This document shows positions 29,540-51,558 of a stretch of 64,000 bases of DNA, piece by piece. The stretch's first letter is position 1, and each line of letters starts with the position of its first letter. Under the pieces are notes generated by a model. That model was not told the DNA's origin. It did not search any database and saw only the letters and a program-made list of their open reading frames with translations. This DNA comes from the human T2T-CHM13v2.0 reference genome, Homo sapiens. The stretch lies in the NCBI RefSeq assembly GCF_009914755.1, contig NC_060925.1; one strand, 5' to 3'. A program made the position numbers and the translations under genes.

Positions 29540-30340
29540 TTTTTGTCCCTAGCACTTGACTGGAATTGTTTTTATCAAGGTCAGCAAAGACTTAGCTAAA
29601 CCCAATAGTTCCCAGATCTTCATTTTATTTCATCCACATCTAATGACATTTTCTTCTTGAAACACTGTTTTTCTCCATTTGGTTTTCAGGGTACCACTCT
29701 CTCCAGGTCCTCCTCCAACCTTGTTGGCTGTTACTTTTCCAGTTCCTTTGCTGTTTTCATTTCCCTAATTTCTAAATATTGGGAGTATCCTTGGGGTTAG
29801 TATTCTGTATCCATGCCACAGTCTGTCTGATCTCTAATCCAGTGGTTTTAAATAACACTTCTATGCTGAGGACACCCACATTTACACCTCCAGCCTGGAC
29901 CTCTCCTCTGAACTCCACACTCATCTAACTGCTTACTATTCATCTACTTGTAGACACCTCAAATTTAGCATATCCTTAAAATCCTCTTGATTTCCCCTCC
30001 AAACTTGCTACTATCACTGAGTCTTTCCTATCTCAGTAAATGACACTTCTGTTCTTTCAGTTGTACAGACCAAAAAACCTTGAGAATGTTTCTCCTCATA
30101 CCCCACATCTAGTCCATTTAACAATTCCTGTCAGGCCTACCTTCTAAATGTTTTCCACATCCACATCACTCCCCTAACTGTACTACTGTAGTTCTAGCCA
30201 ACATTATCTTTCACCTAGACAGCCACATAGTCTGCTGACTGGTCTCCCTGCTTGTACCCTTATGTATAATTTTTCATACAGCAGCTGGAGTGATACTTAA
30301 AAAAAAATTTAAGTCAGATCATAACACTTTTTCACTCAGA
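29540..30340 (+). mobile_element. L2 LINE fragment
   Basis: L2-like body (CTCCAGCCTGGACCTCTCCTCTGAACTCCA...); L1 ORF2 remnant follows at ~30350-30455. Confidence 0.55.
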
Positions 30341-31599
30341 ACTCAGAGGGCTGACACTATCTAACTAACTTCAAGACTCACAATAAAGCTACTGTAATCA
30401 AGATAATGTGGTATTGGTGAAAGAAACAACTAATGGAACAGAACAGAGAGTCCAGCATGGCAGGTTACCATCCCAATTCTCCTACTTACTAGCTATAAAA
30501 ATTTTAGGCAAATTATTTCAGTTTTCCTCATCTGTAAAATGATTCCTTCCTTTATAGGGTTGGTATGAAGATTAAATGAGATAATGCATGTAAAAGCACC
30601 TAGCAGGCCAGGCTTGGTGGCTCACACCTGTAATCCCAGTATTTTGGGAGGCCAAGGTGGGCAGATCAGTTGTTCTCAGGAGTTCAGGACGAGCCTGGGC
30701 AACATGGTGAAACCCTGTCTCTACCAGAAATACAAAAACTTAGCCCTGCATGGTGTAAAATAAAAGCACTTAGCACATTGCCTGAGACATAGTCAGAACT
30801 TGATAAATTTTAGAATTTGTGGATTTTCTAAGTTGATCTTGACAAGTTTCATAAGAAAGAGGCAGATCAAGTATTATTTTCATTTTTTAGATCAGGAAAC
30901 AAATTCAGGGACAGTATTTGGTGACAGTCAAATGATTAGATAATTGGCAGAGCCAGTACTAAGGGCTAGTACGGAATTTGTACAGTATTACTTATCTCAG
31001 GCTAGGATAGGAAAGATTATGCCCTCTGAAGAGATTTTTAAAAAAACACAAAGCGGAATTTAAAAACAAATGATTCAGGCAGCATTTTAGTCTCTTTTCA
31101 TCTACACTGAATAAAAGTTATTGTTAGCCCAATTTTTTATTCCTGATACAAACTCATTCTTTTGATATATTGTTGGATTTAATTTAACATTTTGTTAGGA
31201 TTTTTGCATGTATATTCGTGAATTAGATTAGCTTATGATTTTCCTTTTTTATAGTGTTTTTGTCAGGTTTTAGTACCAGAATTTTTCTGGCATCATAAAT
31301 TGTATTGGGGTGTGTTTACTTCTTTTCTGTTCTCTGGAAGTGTTTGTATAACATCGGTGTTATTTTTTTCCTTAAATGTTTGGTATAATTCTCTAGTGAA
31401 GCCATCTGGATCTGGAATCTTTTTGTATGTATGTGGAAGTATTTTAAATTGTGGATTTAATTTATTTGGAGGACTTTTAAGATTTTTTTAATGTAATTTT
31501 TAGTTTATTCAGATAATAGTTTATTAATTTATTGTTTGAATTTTGATTAACAAAGCTGTATTTTGAGCTTCAAAAATTTAGTGCTGGACATCACAGGTT

Positions 31600-33100
<1,501 letters not shown>

Positions 33101-33129
33101 CAGAGGACTTTTCAAATTTGATGAATAAT

Positions 33130-34250
33130 ACTTTTTTTTTTTTAAGACAGGGTCTTGCCATTTTGCCCAGGCTAGTCTCAAACTCCTAAGCTCCTAAGCC
33201 TCCTGAGTGTCTGGGATTACAGGCACAAGATGCTGTGCCTGGCTATATAGTACTTTAGTGTATCAGTAAGTTTTATTTCTCTAGGAATTTGTCTGTTTCA
33301 TCAAACTGTCAAATTTATTGACACAATGTAATGTCTTCAGTAGCTGTAGTGACTTTTTTTCACTTCTGTTATTAGTTAAGCCCTTTTCCTCCTTTTTAAA
33401 AGAAATCAGTGTTGCCTAGATTTTATCAATTTTATTTACTTTTTTTTTTTTTTTTTTTTTTGGTAAGACAGAGCCTCACTCTGTTGCCCAGGCTGAAGTG
33501 CAGTGGTGCCTCAGCCTGCTAAGTAGCTGGAACTACAGGCCTGCACCACCATGCCTGGCTAATTTTTGTATTTTTTTAAATAGAGACAGGGTTTCACCAT
33601 GTTGGCCAGGCTGGTCTTGAACTCCCAACCTCAGGTGATCTGCCCGCTTTGGCCTCCCAAAGTCCTGGGATTGCAGACGTGAGGCACTGCACCCAGCCCA
33701 CTTATCTTTTTTTGTTTTTTTGTTACGGGGTCTCACTCTGTCACCCAGACTGGAGTGCATAATCTTGGCGCATTGCAAACTCTGCCTCACAGGCTCAAGC
33801 CATTCTCCCACCTCAGCCTCCTGTGTAGCTGGGACCACAGGTGTGCACCACCACACTCAGCTAATTTTTTGTATTTTTGGTAGAGATGGGGTTTTGCCTT
33901 GTTGCCCATGGTGGTCTCAAACTCCTGAGCTCAGGCGATCCACCTGCTTTGGCCTCCCAGAGTCCCAAAGTGCTGGGATTACAGGTGTGAGCTGCCATGC
34001 TTGGCCTGAGATACTTACCTTGTCAAATAATCAAATAATTGATTCTGTACTTTCTTGATTCTTTTTTATTACATATTGCTTCTTATTTTACTCTTTTCTT
34101 TTCTTTTCTTTTTTTTTTTTAAATAGAGACAAGTTCTCTCTCTGGCACTGAGTCTGGAGCGTCGTGTTACTATCATAGCTCAAGTGATCCTCCTACCTTG
34201 GCCTCCTAAAGCACTAGGATTCCAGGCATGAGCCACCATGCCCTGCCCTT
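33130..34250 (-). mobile_element. Cluster of antisense Alus and fragments upstream of AGO3 exon 2
   Basis: ~33133-33243, 33440-33698, 33705-34007, 34095-34248. Confidence 0.85.
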
Positions 34251-34586
34251 TCTTCTACTTTCTTTAACTTTACTTTGCTATTGGTCTCACACTCTTTAGG
34301 TCTGACTTGTGCTTGCTCATGGTCAGCTTGGTTTGTGTGATTGTTCTTCCTTCTCTCTGCCCTTTCCAGAACAGTTTTCCAGAGGCATACGGTTTTCTGT
34401 GTTTATTTTTAATGAAGAGAGGAAATCTGGGGTGACAGAAGTTGAAGTGTTAGAAATGATGTCATCTTGCAGAACTAGGTTTTAGCCATTATCAGCTGTA
34501 CTTATAATTCTAATATACTCTGGTTGACAAGGCTTTGGAATACAGCTTGTAACTGTGACTCTTTTTTTTTCCCTTTCCCCTGGCAG

Positions 34587-34758
34587 GACCCGCTGGGGCC
34601 CAGCCCCTACTCATGGTGCCCAGAAGACCTGGCTATGGCACCATGGGCAAACCCATTAAACTGCTGGCTAACTGTTTTCAAGTTGAAATCCCAAAGATTG
34701 ATGTCTACCTCTATGAGGTAGATATTAAACCAGACAAGTGTCCTAGGAGAGTGAACAG
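34587..34758 (+). CDS. AGO3: AGO3 exon 2
   Basis: tggcag|GACCC...AACAG|gtaaga; 172 nt; (G)[56 protein letters not shown](R). Confidence 0.97.
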
Positions 34759-36809
34759 GTAAGAATCATGAAACTGCAAAGATCTTTTGCTATTTTTTTC
34801 CTTAGTAATTATCCATGTTTATTTTGTATATCTGAATAACAATTACAATGTGTAACAGTTTGACCAAAAACATCTGGTAATTTGTTTTAAAACTGATTGT
34901 ACTTCAGGGGTGTGATAGTGGGGAAAAAATCTTTGAAATTATTTTGTTATAACACGAGCTCACATTTTCCCTGTGATAATAGAAAAGGTTCAAGTTATTT
35001 TTACATGCTCCTGAAATCAGGCTGCACATCATGAGCACATCATTTTCCTTGCTGTTAGGTAATATGTCCATGCTTGCTTTTTTCTCCTCACCTCTCTTAT
35101 GTACCACTTTCATAATGTTCCCTTTAAGATGACGGTGGTGATGATAGCAGTTGGGGGTAGAAATACTGGTTTCATGCTTTCTTTTCTCCTTTCCCAATTC
35201 CCAACTGTTTCTTACCATTATATAGGAATAAGTACAGATGGTATATAAAGATTTATCAGCCTGCTTTCAGTAAGCTTCCTCTCGCCTCCCCCAAATGCCA
35301 TTTATATTCTTGGATGTGGTTTCGGTAATACAGGAAATATAAGAGGAATTTATGATTGGATATATACTATGTCTATTTGGATTTTGTTTTTAAAAACAAA
35401 GACAACACATTTTAAAAAAATGTGATATTCAGTTTAGCATTTTGGTTTCTATGATCCCAGCCTCTTCTTATTCATTAAATGTTATTAAGAGTCTTCATTT
35501 AAGACATTTAAGAAAAAGAATGTTGTTTCTCTCAAGAAATTTGTAATTTGGTAGAGGAAATAAGACATGTAAGAAGTATGAAGGTCTTTTTCTTGGACTT
35601 GTCATCCTAATTGTTAGTATTTCTGTTATACCTGAAAGTGAATGAGCACTAAAAGACTTTGTGATAACACGTTAAAAACAACAACACCTCTAAGAATGTT
35701 GTAATTAACATGTAATGCAGAGTTCTTTGTGAGGTCAGGAAGACTCGTAGAGTGTTACAGTTGAAAGGAACCTCTTAAGAAGTTAACTAATCCAATACCT
35801 TTTTTATTTATAGCTGAAATCCAGAAAGGTTAAGGGATTTAGTCAAGAACACATGTTTCAAGTAGGAAAGGTGAAACCAGAACTCCAGAATCCTGACTTG
35901 GTAGTCATTAGGAAGTATTTTGTAAAGGAAGAAGTTAATCTAAAACAATTGGTAAAATTTTGGTTAGCTGTAGTAAAAATAACATACATATAATTTTATT
36001 TATTTATTTATTTATTTATTTTTGAAGGAAGGATAGCAGTAACAAAAGCATAACGGTTGAGAAGAACCAGGTGTATTGAGTCTGAACCAGGCTTAAGGGG
36101 AAGGTTCTTTGCATTACATGTTAATTACAACATTCCTATAGGTGGTTTTTTTTTTAACATGTTATCAGATACTGCTTTAAGATACTATCTGTTGAATAGA
36201 TGACTCCTAATCTTGCTGTAGCCTCTACCTCTTTCCTAAACTTCAGATTGACACCCAAATGTTCCTAAAGTGAACAACACAAGTCAAAAGAGTAGTGCCC
36301 TACTCTTCTGTGACCTCGTAGTACTTGATGTACACTTCCATTGTGGTGTTTTTAGTGCATTGTGGTTATTTTTCTCCCTTTCTCCAGTATAACCCCTTCA
36401 TGAAAAGTAGTGTTTTTTATCATCTTTGTCACCCCATGTCAGCTCAGTGATTGGCACATAATACTCAGTAAAGTGAATGAAATGTTTATAAAATGGCATG
36501 AGTGTGATGGTGGGGGACAGGAAAGAAAACTGGATGTTCTAGAGGGCTGTTTTCCTGAACATGGGTTTTTCAGTGCCGTACTCTTATCTCCTAGGATCTT
36601 AGGCTAGTCTTGGTTTTGGTCTTCCTTCACTCTCTTTTATGTCTTTCTGTGAGCCGTCATCCACTTATGGGGACTTAACTGACTCATGCTGTACTCTCAT
36701 AGAGATTCCCTTTTTCTTGTTTCTCAAAACTGGTTCATTAATGTATAGATTTGAGTGAAGGATAATCCTGACCCTTCTGGTAGATATTTACACTTTAAAA
36801 AGGCATTTA

Positions 36810-36988
36810 TTAGCTGAGCCATGGGCCTGTAGTCCCAGCTACTCTGAAGGCTGAGGCAGGAGGATTACTTAAGCCCAGGAGTTAAGGCTGCAGTGTGTTG
36901 TGATTGTGCCTGTGAACAGCCACTGCACTCCAGCCGGGGCAACATAGTGAGACCACATATCTAAAAAATAAATAAATAAAAATAAAAA
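36810..36988 (+). mobile_element. Alu right monomer (FRAM-like)
   Basis: Sense monomer with (AAAT)n tail; TSD AAAAAGGCATT. Confidence 0.8.
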
Positions 36989-37005
36989 GGCATTAGTTAA
37001 TCTAA

Positions 37006-37426
<421 letters not shown>

Positions 37427-37814
37427 GGAACAGAATTGTTTATTAGATTTATTCTTTCTCCTGCCTAACATTTTTGTTTTATTTTTTGGTAGGGTGTGGG
37501 TAAAGGAAAATTTGTGTATTATATATGTGTAATTATATATGTGTATATAAAGTTGTGTAGCATAGAATTTCATGTGTATATGCTCAATGTATTAAGTTTG
37601 TGAGAAAAATATGTGTCATAAATTGGTGTGGTGCATTCTGGTTTTAACTTACGATTCTTTTGACATCCTTAATTACATTACATCTTTAGGTTGCTTTATC
37701 TTACATTTTTTTGACAGTACCAATAATTTAGATTTGTAATTTAAATGTTTCCAAGTGGAAAGTTTTTAAATTTTTGTGATGTAAAATTTTAGTCATTTTT
37801 ATCATGTTTTTGAG

Positions 37815-38805
<991 letters not shown>

Positions 38806-38835
38806 TTATTTCGTTTCTTATTAAAGATTTATATT

Positions 38836-39129
<294 letters not shown>

Positions 39130-39811
39130 TTATATTGTTGCCTTCTATAAAGTCATAGTGATTCTCCTCTAAGTGACTTAAATGTTTTAATACTTAAATT
39201 ATCGTGCATGAAATTTTTCTTGTCCATATGCCACATGAACAAATATTTGGCACTAAGGCATTAATCATAATAGTAGAAAGATGTATTATAGCCAAACAAT
39301 TGCCACTTTAGTTGGAGTCTTCTTAGACACAATATCCAGGAAATGCTAGTGAATCATTTTGTGGGTCAACCTTTCTACAAATTTATTCTTTAGATTTTCT
39401 GTCCATTGCTTTTTTTGTCCTTTCCTCACCCCGTTTTGTGTTGGGGGGCCAAGTTGGGGAAGGAGATTCTTTCCTTCCTTCTTTTCCCCCTATTAAATGA
39501 TTTTGATTGAATGTTAGCTTTTGTTAAAAGAGTATGTATGTTAAGTATATTTCAAATGTTACTAGTTTCTAATAGGTGAATGGTCTCAATGACTAAAAAA
39601 CAAATATTTTTTAGAAACATTATGACCTAGAGTATACATTCTGTAACTTGAGATTTTATGCTAGTTTGTCCAACCTCTAAATACACCTTGAATAGATAGT
39701 ATATGTATTTATTCAAAACCATTAAATAATGGAATAGATACATGTTAAAAATTATGTATACAACATGATTATAACTGCAATATCTATTTTAAAACATGAA
39801 TAAAAATTTGA

Positions 39812-40590
<779 letters not shown>

Positions 40591-40749
40591 TGAATTTTAG
40601 AAAGAAAAAAGTAAATCTATATTGATCCAATTTTGGCTTTTTAAGTGGAAATCTCAGAGCAGCAATGTGTTTAAAGAAACTTCTTTTCTGCTGTTAGGAA
40701 TGTCATTTTTATGGTGTTATAGTTGGATAGTATGCCAAGAGGGGGCATA

Positions 40750-42930
<2,181 letters not shown>

Positions 42931-43727
42931 GAAGGGTTCTATATTAAAATGATTTAGACAACATACTTCAGAAAACACTACCAGTAAAAACCAAATGGTA
43001 TAGTTTTGAGTGTTTAGTGATCTTGGGGAAACTATTATACAAAATATGTCAGCTAATAAATAAGTTTTATTTTCCTTTTAGTCACTTGGAAGATAGGAAA
43101 GTTAACAGATGGTAATTATTTCACATCTCAAAATTCTTTTAGAGTGGCATCTAAATACAATACTAAGTAGAAATTAGCCTTTTGACTAATATTCCTATAA
43201 TATATTTGAAACTTGAAGATACTTTCATAAATTAACAAATATTTACACACAAGGGACTAGTACATAAGGTATTATTACCAACATCTATTTGTGTAGATAT
43301 AAATTACAATAGCTGTATAGTGTTCTATTATATGAATGTACCTTGATTTGTTTACTTTAACCTGCTCCAGTTTGTTAGGTTAACTTAAATCTATTTAAAC
43401 CATTTATCTGAACTTACCACATGTTTATACCAAAGTACTATGCTATTGGTACTAGATTTACAGGATATACGGAAACTTAAAGATCATTTTTGAATCTTCT
43501 CTATGTTTTCATTAACTGTTTACTCCTGTTTTGTGTCAGGCACTGTGCTAGGTTCTAGCAATAATACAATAGATAAAACATGATCTCTTTAAAGTTTTAA
43601 ATTCCATATGGAGTGACAAATTCTGTGATATGCACATTATGTACTGTGATGAAAGAGTAATGATTCCTGCCTTTGGGTAAGGAGGAGGATGTGGTGTATC
43701 ACATGGTATTTGAGCAAAATAATTGTA

Positions 43728-43820
43728 TCATAAAAGGTACAGTAAAAATATATCATCTTATGGGACCACCATCATATATGTGGTCTGTAATTGACTGAAA
43801 AGTTATGCAGCACCTGCCTG
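43728..43820 (-). mobile_element. Tigger3/MER7 fragment within L2 remnant
   Basis: AAAAGGTACAGTAAAAATA...CTTATGGGACCACC, reverse complement of the 41438 copy. Confidence 0.7.
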
Positions 43821-44477
43821 TGCTGATATATGCTACAACATGAAGTTGTCCAGTGGACAGGGAGAAAGAATAATCCACATAGACAGCATGAGCAAAGGTA
43901 TGACATGTTGGTATAACAGAAACAGGCCAGTATAAATAGAGTAGCTAGAGATGAGTCTGAAGAGTTAGCTAGGGAGTAGGTTATGAAGAATCTGAAATCC
44001 GTGCTAAGGCTTGTGAATTCAGAAATAGTAGAGAGCCAATAGAACCTTTTAAACAAATGAAGAATATCGGTATTTAGGACCATACTTGATGACAGTGTGG
44101 TGAATGAGAGATGAGAAAGACTTGAGTCCTGGAGAACATTTGGAAGGCTGTTGTAGTAGTCTAGGTTAGCGGTCTTCAAACCATTGATCACACGTCCCCA
44201 TTAATTAAAATTTGTTTGACCAAAAAATACATATAGATATAAATGCACACACATTTCAAAAACTATAATTTGTTGGCGTGTACTACTGTTTTAATATGTA
44301 ACTGTAGAAAAAGATGAGAAAGATAATTTTGAAATGAACTATTTAAAAATACATTTAAATAACTTAAACTTTTCAGATTAATGGTACAAAAAACCCTGAC
44401 TGAATATGTGTCACACACTTGAACTACAGAAAGTTGCAGTGTGCTGAAAATGAATGAACGAGAGGTACACTGTTAAC

Positions 44478-44782
<305 letters not shown>

Positions 44783-45512
44783 TAACTCTTATGTGTTGCA
44801 GAACTCCCATTACTCTCCTAGGATTCCTGGTGTACCGTGTGTTGCACCTGACCATCTAATGTGGAATAACTGAAGGCACCAGTATCAATCCATACTCATG
44901 AATATTAGTAAATCTTAATTCCTAATTGTTCACTGAAAATTAAATATAAATATGTCTAATTTTTCCTCATACTGCAGCATACCCCTTGGCACCTCTGGTA
45001 CATATTTTTCTGGATTATAGGTAATATGTTCAAAGACACAGTGGCAATAATGATGATGGAGGGCATAGATGGAAGATTTAGAAAAAGAATGAACAATTTA
45101 GGTATGTAAGGAAAGGATAGAGATAAGAATGGCTTCATAGTTCCTAGCTGGTGCATTAGTAATGGTTTTAACAGAAATATAGATTCTGAAGGGACCAGGT
45201 TTTTGTATACTATTTTGAATATTTGGAGGTTGAATTGCATAAGAAACATCAAAATGGCAGAAGTTCAATAGGTTATTGGAAATAAGTGTCTAGCTAAGTG
45301 TCAGGAGATAAGTCAAAATGGAGATTGTGATTCGTCAGCATGTAGGTGATAGTTAAAAACTGGGGAAGTATGTAAAAATAAAAGAACTGAGACTAGATCT
45401 CTGAGATACTATTATTTCAGGTTTACCAGTGAAAACACACAGGGATTGGAAAGATAGGAGAACCAGGACAAAGTAGAAGCTATTTCAGAGAAGGCAAGGT
45501 AAGGATCATGAT

Positions 45513-45835
45513 TTTCTTTTTTTGTTTTTTTTTTTTTTTCTTTTGGAGAGGGAGTCTCGCTCTGTCGCCCAGGTTGGAATTCAGTGACATGATCACGTGA
45601 TCTTGGCTGACTGCAACCTCCGCCTTCCAGGGTCAAGCAATTCTGTCTCAGCCTCCTGAGTAGCTGGGACTACAGGTGCATGCCACCATGCCTGGCTAAT
45701 TTTTTTGTATTTTTAGTAGAGATAGGGTTTCACTGTGATGCCCACGCTGGTCTCAAACTCCTGAGCTCAGGCAGTCCGCCCACCTCGGCCTCCCAAAGTT
45801 GCTAGGATTACAGGCATGAGCCACTGCACCTGGCC
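45513..45835 (-). mobile_element. Alu
   Basis: TSD TAAGGATCATGATTTTC. Confidence 0.92.
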
Positions 45836-45952
45836 TTAAGGATCATGATTTTCAAGGAACAAAGTTTGATTACAGTGGCAAATGCTAAACAAAGCCAGGC
45901 GTATAGAGACTGAAAATGCGCCATTACACATGGTTGTTAAGAAGTTGGTGGC

Positions 45953-47560
<1,608 letters not shown>

Positions 47561-49234
47561 ATCTAAAATATAATCCCTCTCTTCTCTGTTTTGCATACCT
47601 TAAACTTTATCTTGTTGCACAAGTATTTATTGGCTACCTTCTCTGCTAGTAACCACAGAGTAATAAAGATAAGTTAGAGATTGGAAGGATACAAAGAGAG
47701 ACTGCCAGCTGTTTTAGTTGTGTTTTATAAACCTCTGGATGATTTTGACATTTTGTTATACTTTAGCAATCTTCTTTCTGTCTATACTGTAGTGACACAT
47801 TCATTTATTGTAGCCATGGATAATGTCAGTAGACTTTTGGGGAAAATATTCTTTCATGTTGTCTTCTGTAGACTAGAATAATATTTTTCATTCTGTCTTT
47901 TGGGAGCAGAGAATTAAGAGGTACCTAATAAAGTGAGATGGAGGTGGATCTCTATAAGCTTATAGTAATTACAACTCACAGGAAAATAATTTGCTCTCCT
48001 CTTTTTTACATTAAAGTTTCTCTCTTCCCATTTTTCTGCTGTATAAGTCAGGTGGTAAAATGGGACTTAATGAAATTATTATTAAATTTTACTTTATAAT
48101 CTGTGCACCAGAGCATGATGGAGTCAAAAGAGTTGGTATCAGAATGTAGGAAGTAGTGATTGAAGTAAGGGTGGTAGGATAGGCTGTACCCCTTTAGAAG
48201 ATCTAATGTATTCAGGTAGATTTCATTTTTGAAGTTATTACCAATTATTCTTAAGGATTCTTAAATTCTCACGTGACGTTCTAAAAAATGCATCACAGTA
48301 TAATTCTGCAAGAATTCTTTTCTTCTCAGACTAAGGTTATTAGTGAAAGGAAGCCACTAAAGATTGGTTAGACATTCTTATCTGTGTTTACTCAGATTTT
48401 ATTTCCCAAATTACTTTCCCAAGCACTGTTTTAGAAGTTAAAATATTTTATGTATTTTTATTAGTCTAGTTTTACTACTTACGGTAAGCTAAGAACTTGT
48501 TTAACAATATACACTTAAATATTTTGCTAAAAGTACTGTATTTGAACAAAAGATTCCACTCCTAACCCTATTGTTGTAATAAAAGACTAGTGTCATAAAA
48601 TATAGAGGAAACTCAGTTATCAGTTTATGTTAATTACCAGAATTATTCATTATTTGTGTTAATTTACTATATTTGATGCTAAAACATTGTAGTGTATTCA
48701 TTTGTTATTTGGAAGACTTCAGTATAATTCTTAAAATATATTTGTGAGATAATTATGCTTAAATTTTAATATAAAAATATTATTATACATATTTGTTTTT
48801 TTAATCTTCAAATTATTTTCACTAATATTCCATTTGGTTCCTGAGACTGTTATCTCATTTTTATTGATAAAGAAACTCAAGTCAGAGAAGTTAAATAACT
48901 TTCTTAACAACTTAGTGACAGAATGGGACTAAAAACTCATGCCTTCTTATTTCGGTACTTATATTATCATATATTTTAAAGGTTTCTCAGGTTGGTAGTT
49001 TCCCAATTCCAAGTTTCATCGTAATATAATAGCACCTTTGCTACTATAGCTGACTAGATGGCTTAGGAAACTAGATAAATTACTGTTCTAAAGAGTGTTT
49101 TTTCTCTAGCTCCACATGCCTACCTATTAAAGATTCTAATAAACTACCCTTTTCCCTAATATCCTTTGAGATAAGAAATGAGAATTTACTGTCCCTAGAT
49201 TTGCCATTTTGTTAGCTTGCATACTAAAATCTGC

Positions 49235-49538
49235 TGGATGCCCATATTCCCAGTTACTCAGAAGGCTAAGGCAGGAGGATCACTTGAACTCAGGAGTTTT
49301 AGGTTACAGTGAACTGTGATCACATCACTGCACTCAAGTCTGGGCAACAGAGCAAGACCTGGTCTCAAAAAAAAATTTTTTTTTTTCGCTAAAATTCTAA
49401 ATATATGAATTTGGCCAGGCACAGTGGCTCACACATGTAATCTCAACACTCTGGGAGGCTGAGACAGGAGGATTGCTTGAACCCAGGAGTTGGAGACCAG
49501 CATGGGCAACATAGTGAGACCCCATCTCTTTAAAAAAA
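49235..49538 (+). mobile_element. Alu monomers (FRAM-like and FLAM-like)
   Basis: Second monomer has TSD AAAATTCTAAATATATGAATT. Confidence 0.8.
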
Positions 49539-49750
49539 ATTCTAAATATATGAATTAATTGTGTCATATTAGTGAGAGGTTAAAAAATAATATAACTCTT
49601 GGCCCTCATGAAAGATGACTCTCTTTGTAGCATAGGTTTTGTCAGTTATGAACTTAAAAAACTGTCAAGTGGAAAAATTGACCCGTATACTATAGAATTC
49701 CAGTGCTATTTCCTTAAGGCTCTGAACTAAATTGTCAAATGTAAGTGTAA

Positions 49751-50137
<387 letters not shown>

Positions 50138-51148
50138 ATTGTTTGGTATTTTTTAAATTAAATTTTACTATAAGAGGGTATCGCGGATATTTCATTTTAA
50201 TCTTAAATTTATATCTTCCCTGACAGTTGGTCATATAGCTGCTCTTTGAACAGTTCTAGCAAAGATGAACTCAGGTACTTTATAAGGTAGTGTAATTTAC
50301 TTTTGAATAACTCTGGTGGTTAGAAAATCCTGAAAATTTCGTTCCAAAATGTCTAATGTTCCAACTATTTTTCCTAGTTCTTTCTACTCAGTTTTTCACA
50401 TGACAATCTATCAAAATAGCCAAAAACTTATTCTGTAATTTTCTTTGAGTTTTTCCTATTCCAGACTAAGACTTTCCTATTCCAAACCAGACTTGGTTTG
50501 ATTTATTTTTACTCATATTACATGATTTCCTATCAGGATTGCCTCCTTCTCATTATATTTGAATTTTTAGGGTCTTAAATTTTTCACAAATTGAACAGAG
50601 TACTCCAAGATGTAAAATGATCTGTTTTAATATATGGTGGGATAGTTACCTGCCTTATTAAGTGGATTATCTGAGTACTTAAATATATGCAACCTCAGTT
50701 TTTTACTTTTGAGGAAGCTACATCATACTGTTAGCTCATTTGGGGCTTGTACCCTTTTCCACAGCAGCAGTGGGTAAGTTGAGATTCTCTAATTTGTTCT
50801 TATTACAGTTGAAGTGTTTGGACGTTAAGTGTTTAGGTATTACAGTTACCCTTATTATGTTTCTTCTTTATTTTGTTCATTGTTGTAGTTGTTAGTAGCT
50901 TTTAACATAGTAATTTATGTTTTTAACATGCTAGTCATGTCTTCCAAGTATGTGTTGTTAGAGGTTTCTTAACCAACAGATATTTATTAATTACTTACTA
51001 TATGTAGGGCACTAGATATGTTTCCTTTCCATATGGTATTGATAGTTTTCTAAGGTGGAAAATTATTCCAGTGTTCAAGTATACTTAGAAAAAGTAGGGA
51101 AACTTACCCTGCCCCATAATAAACACTCTAGTGAAAACATATGTTACT

Positions 51149-51558
<410 letters not shown>

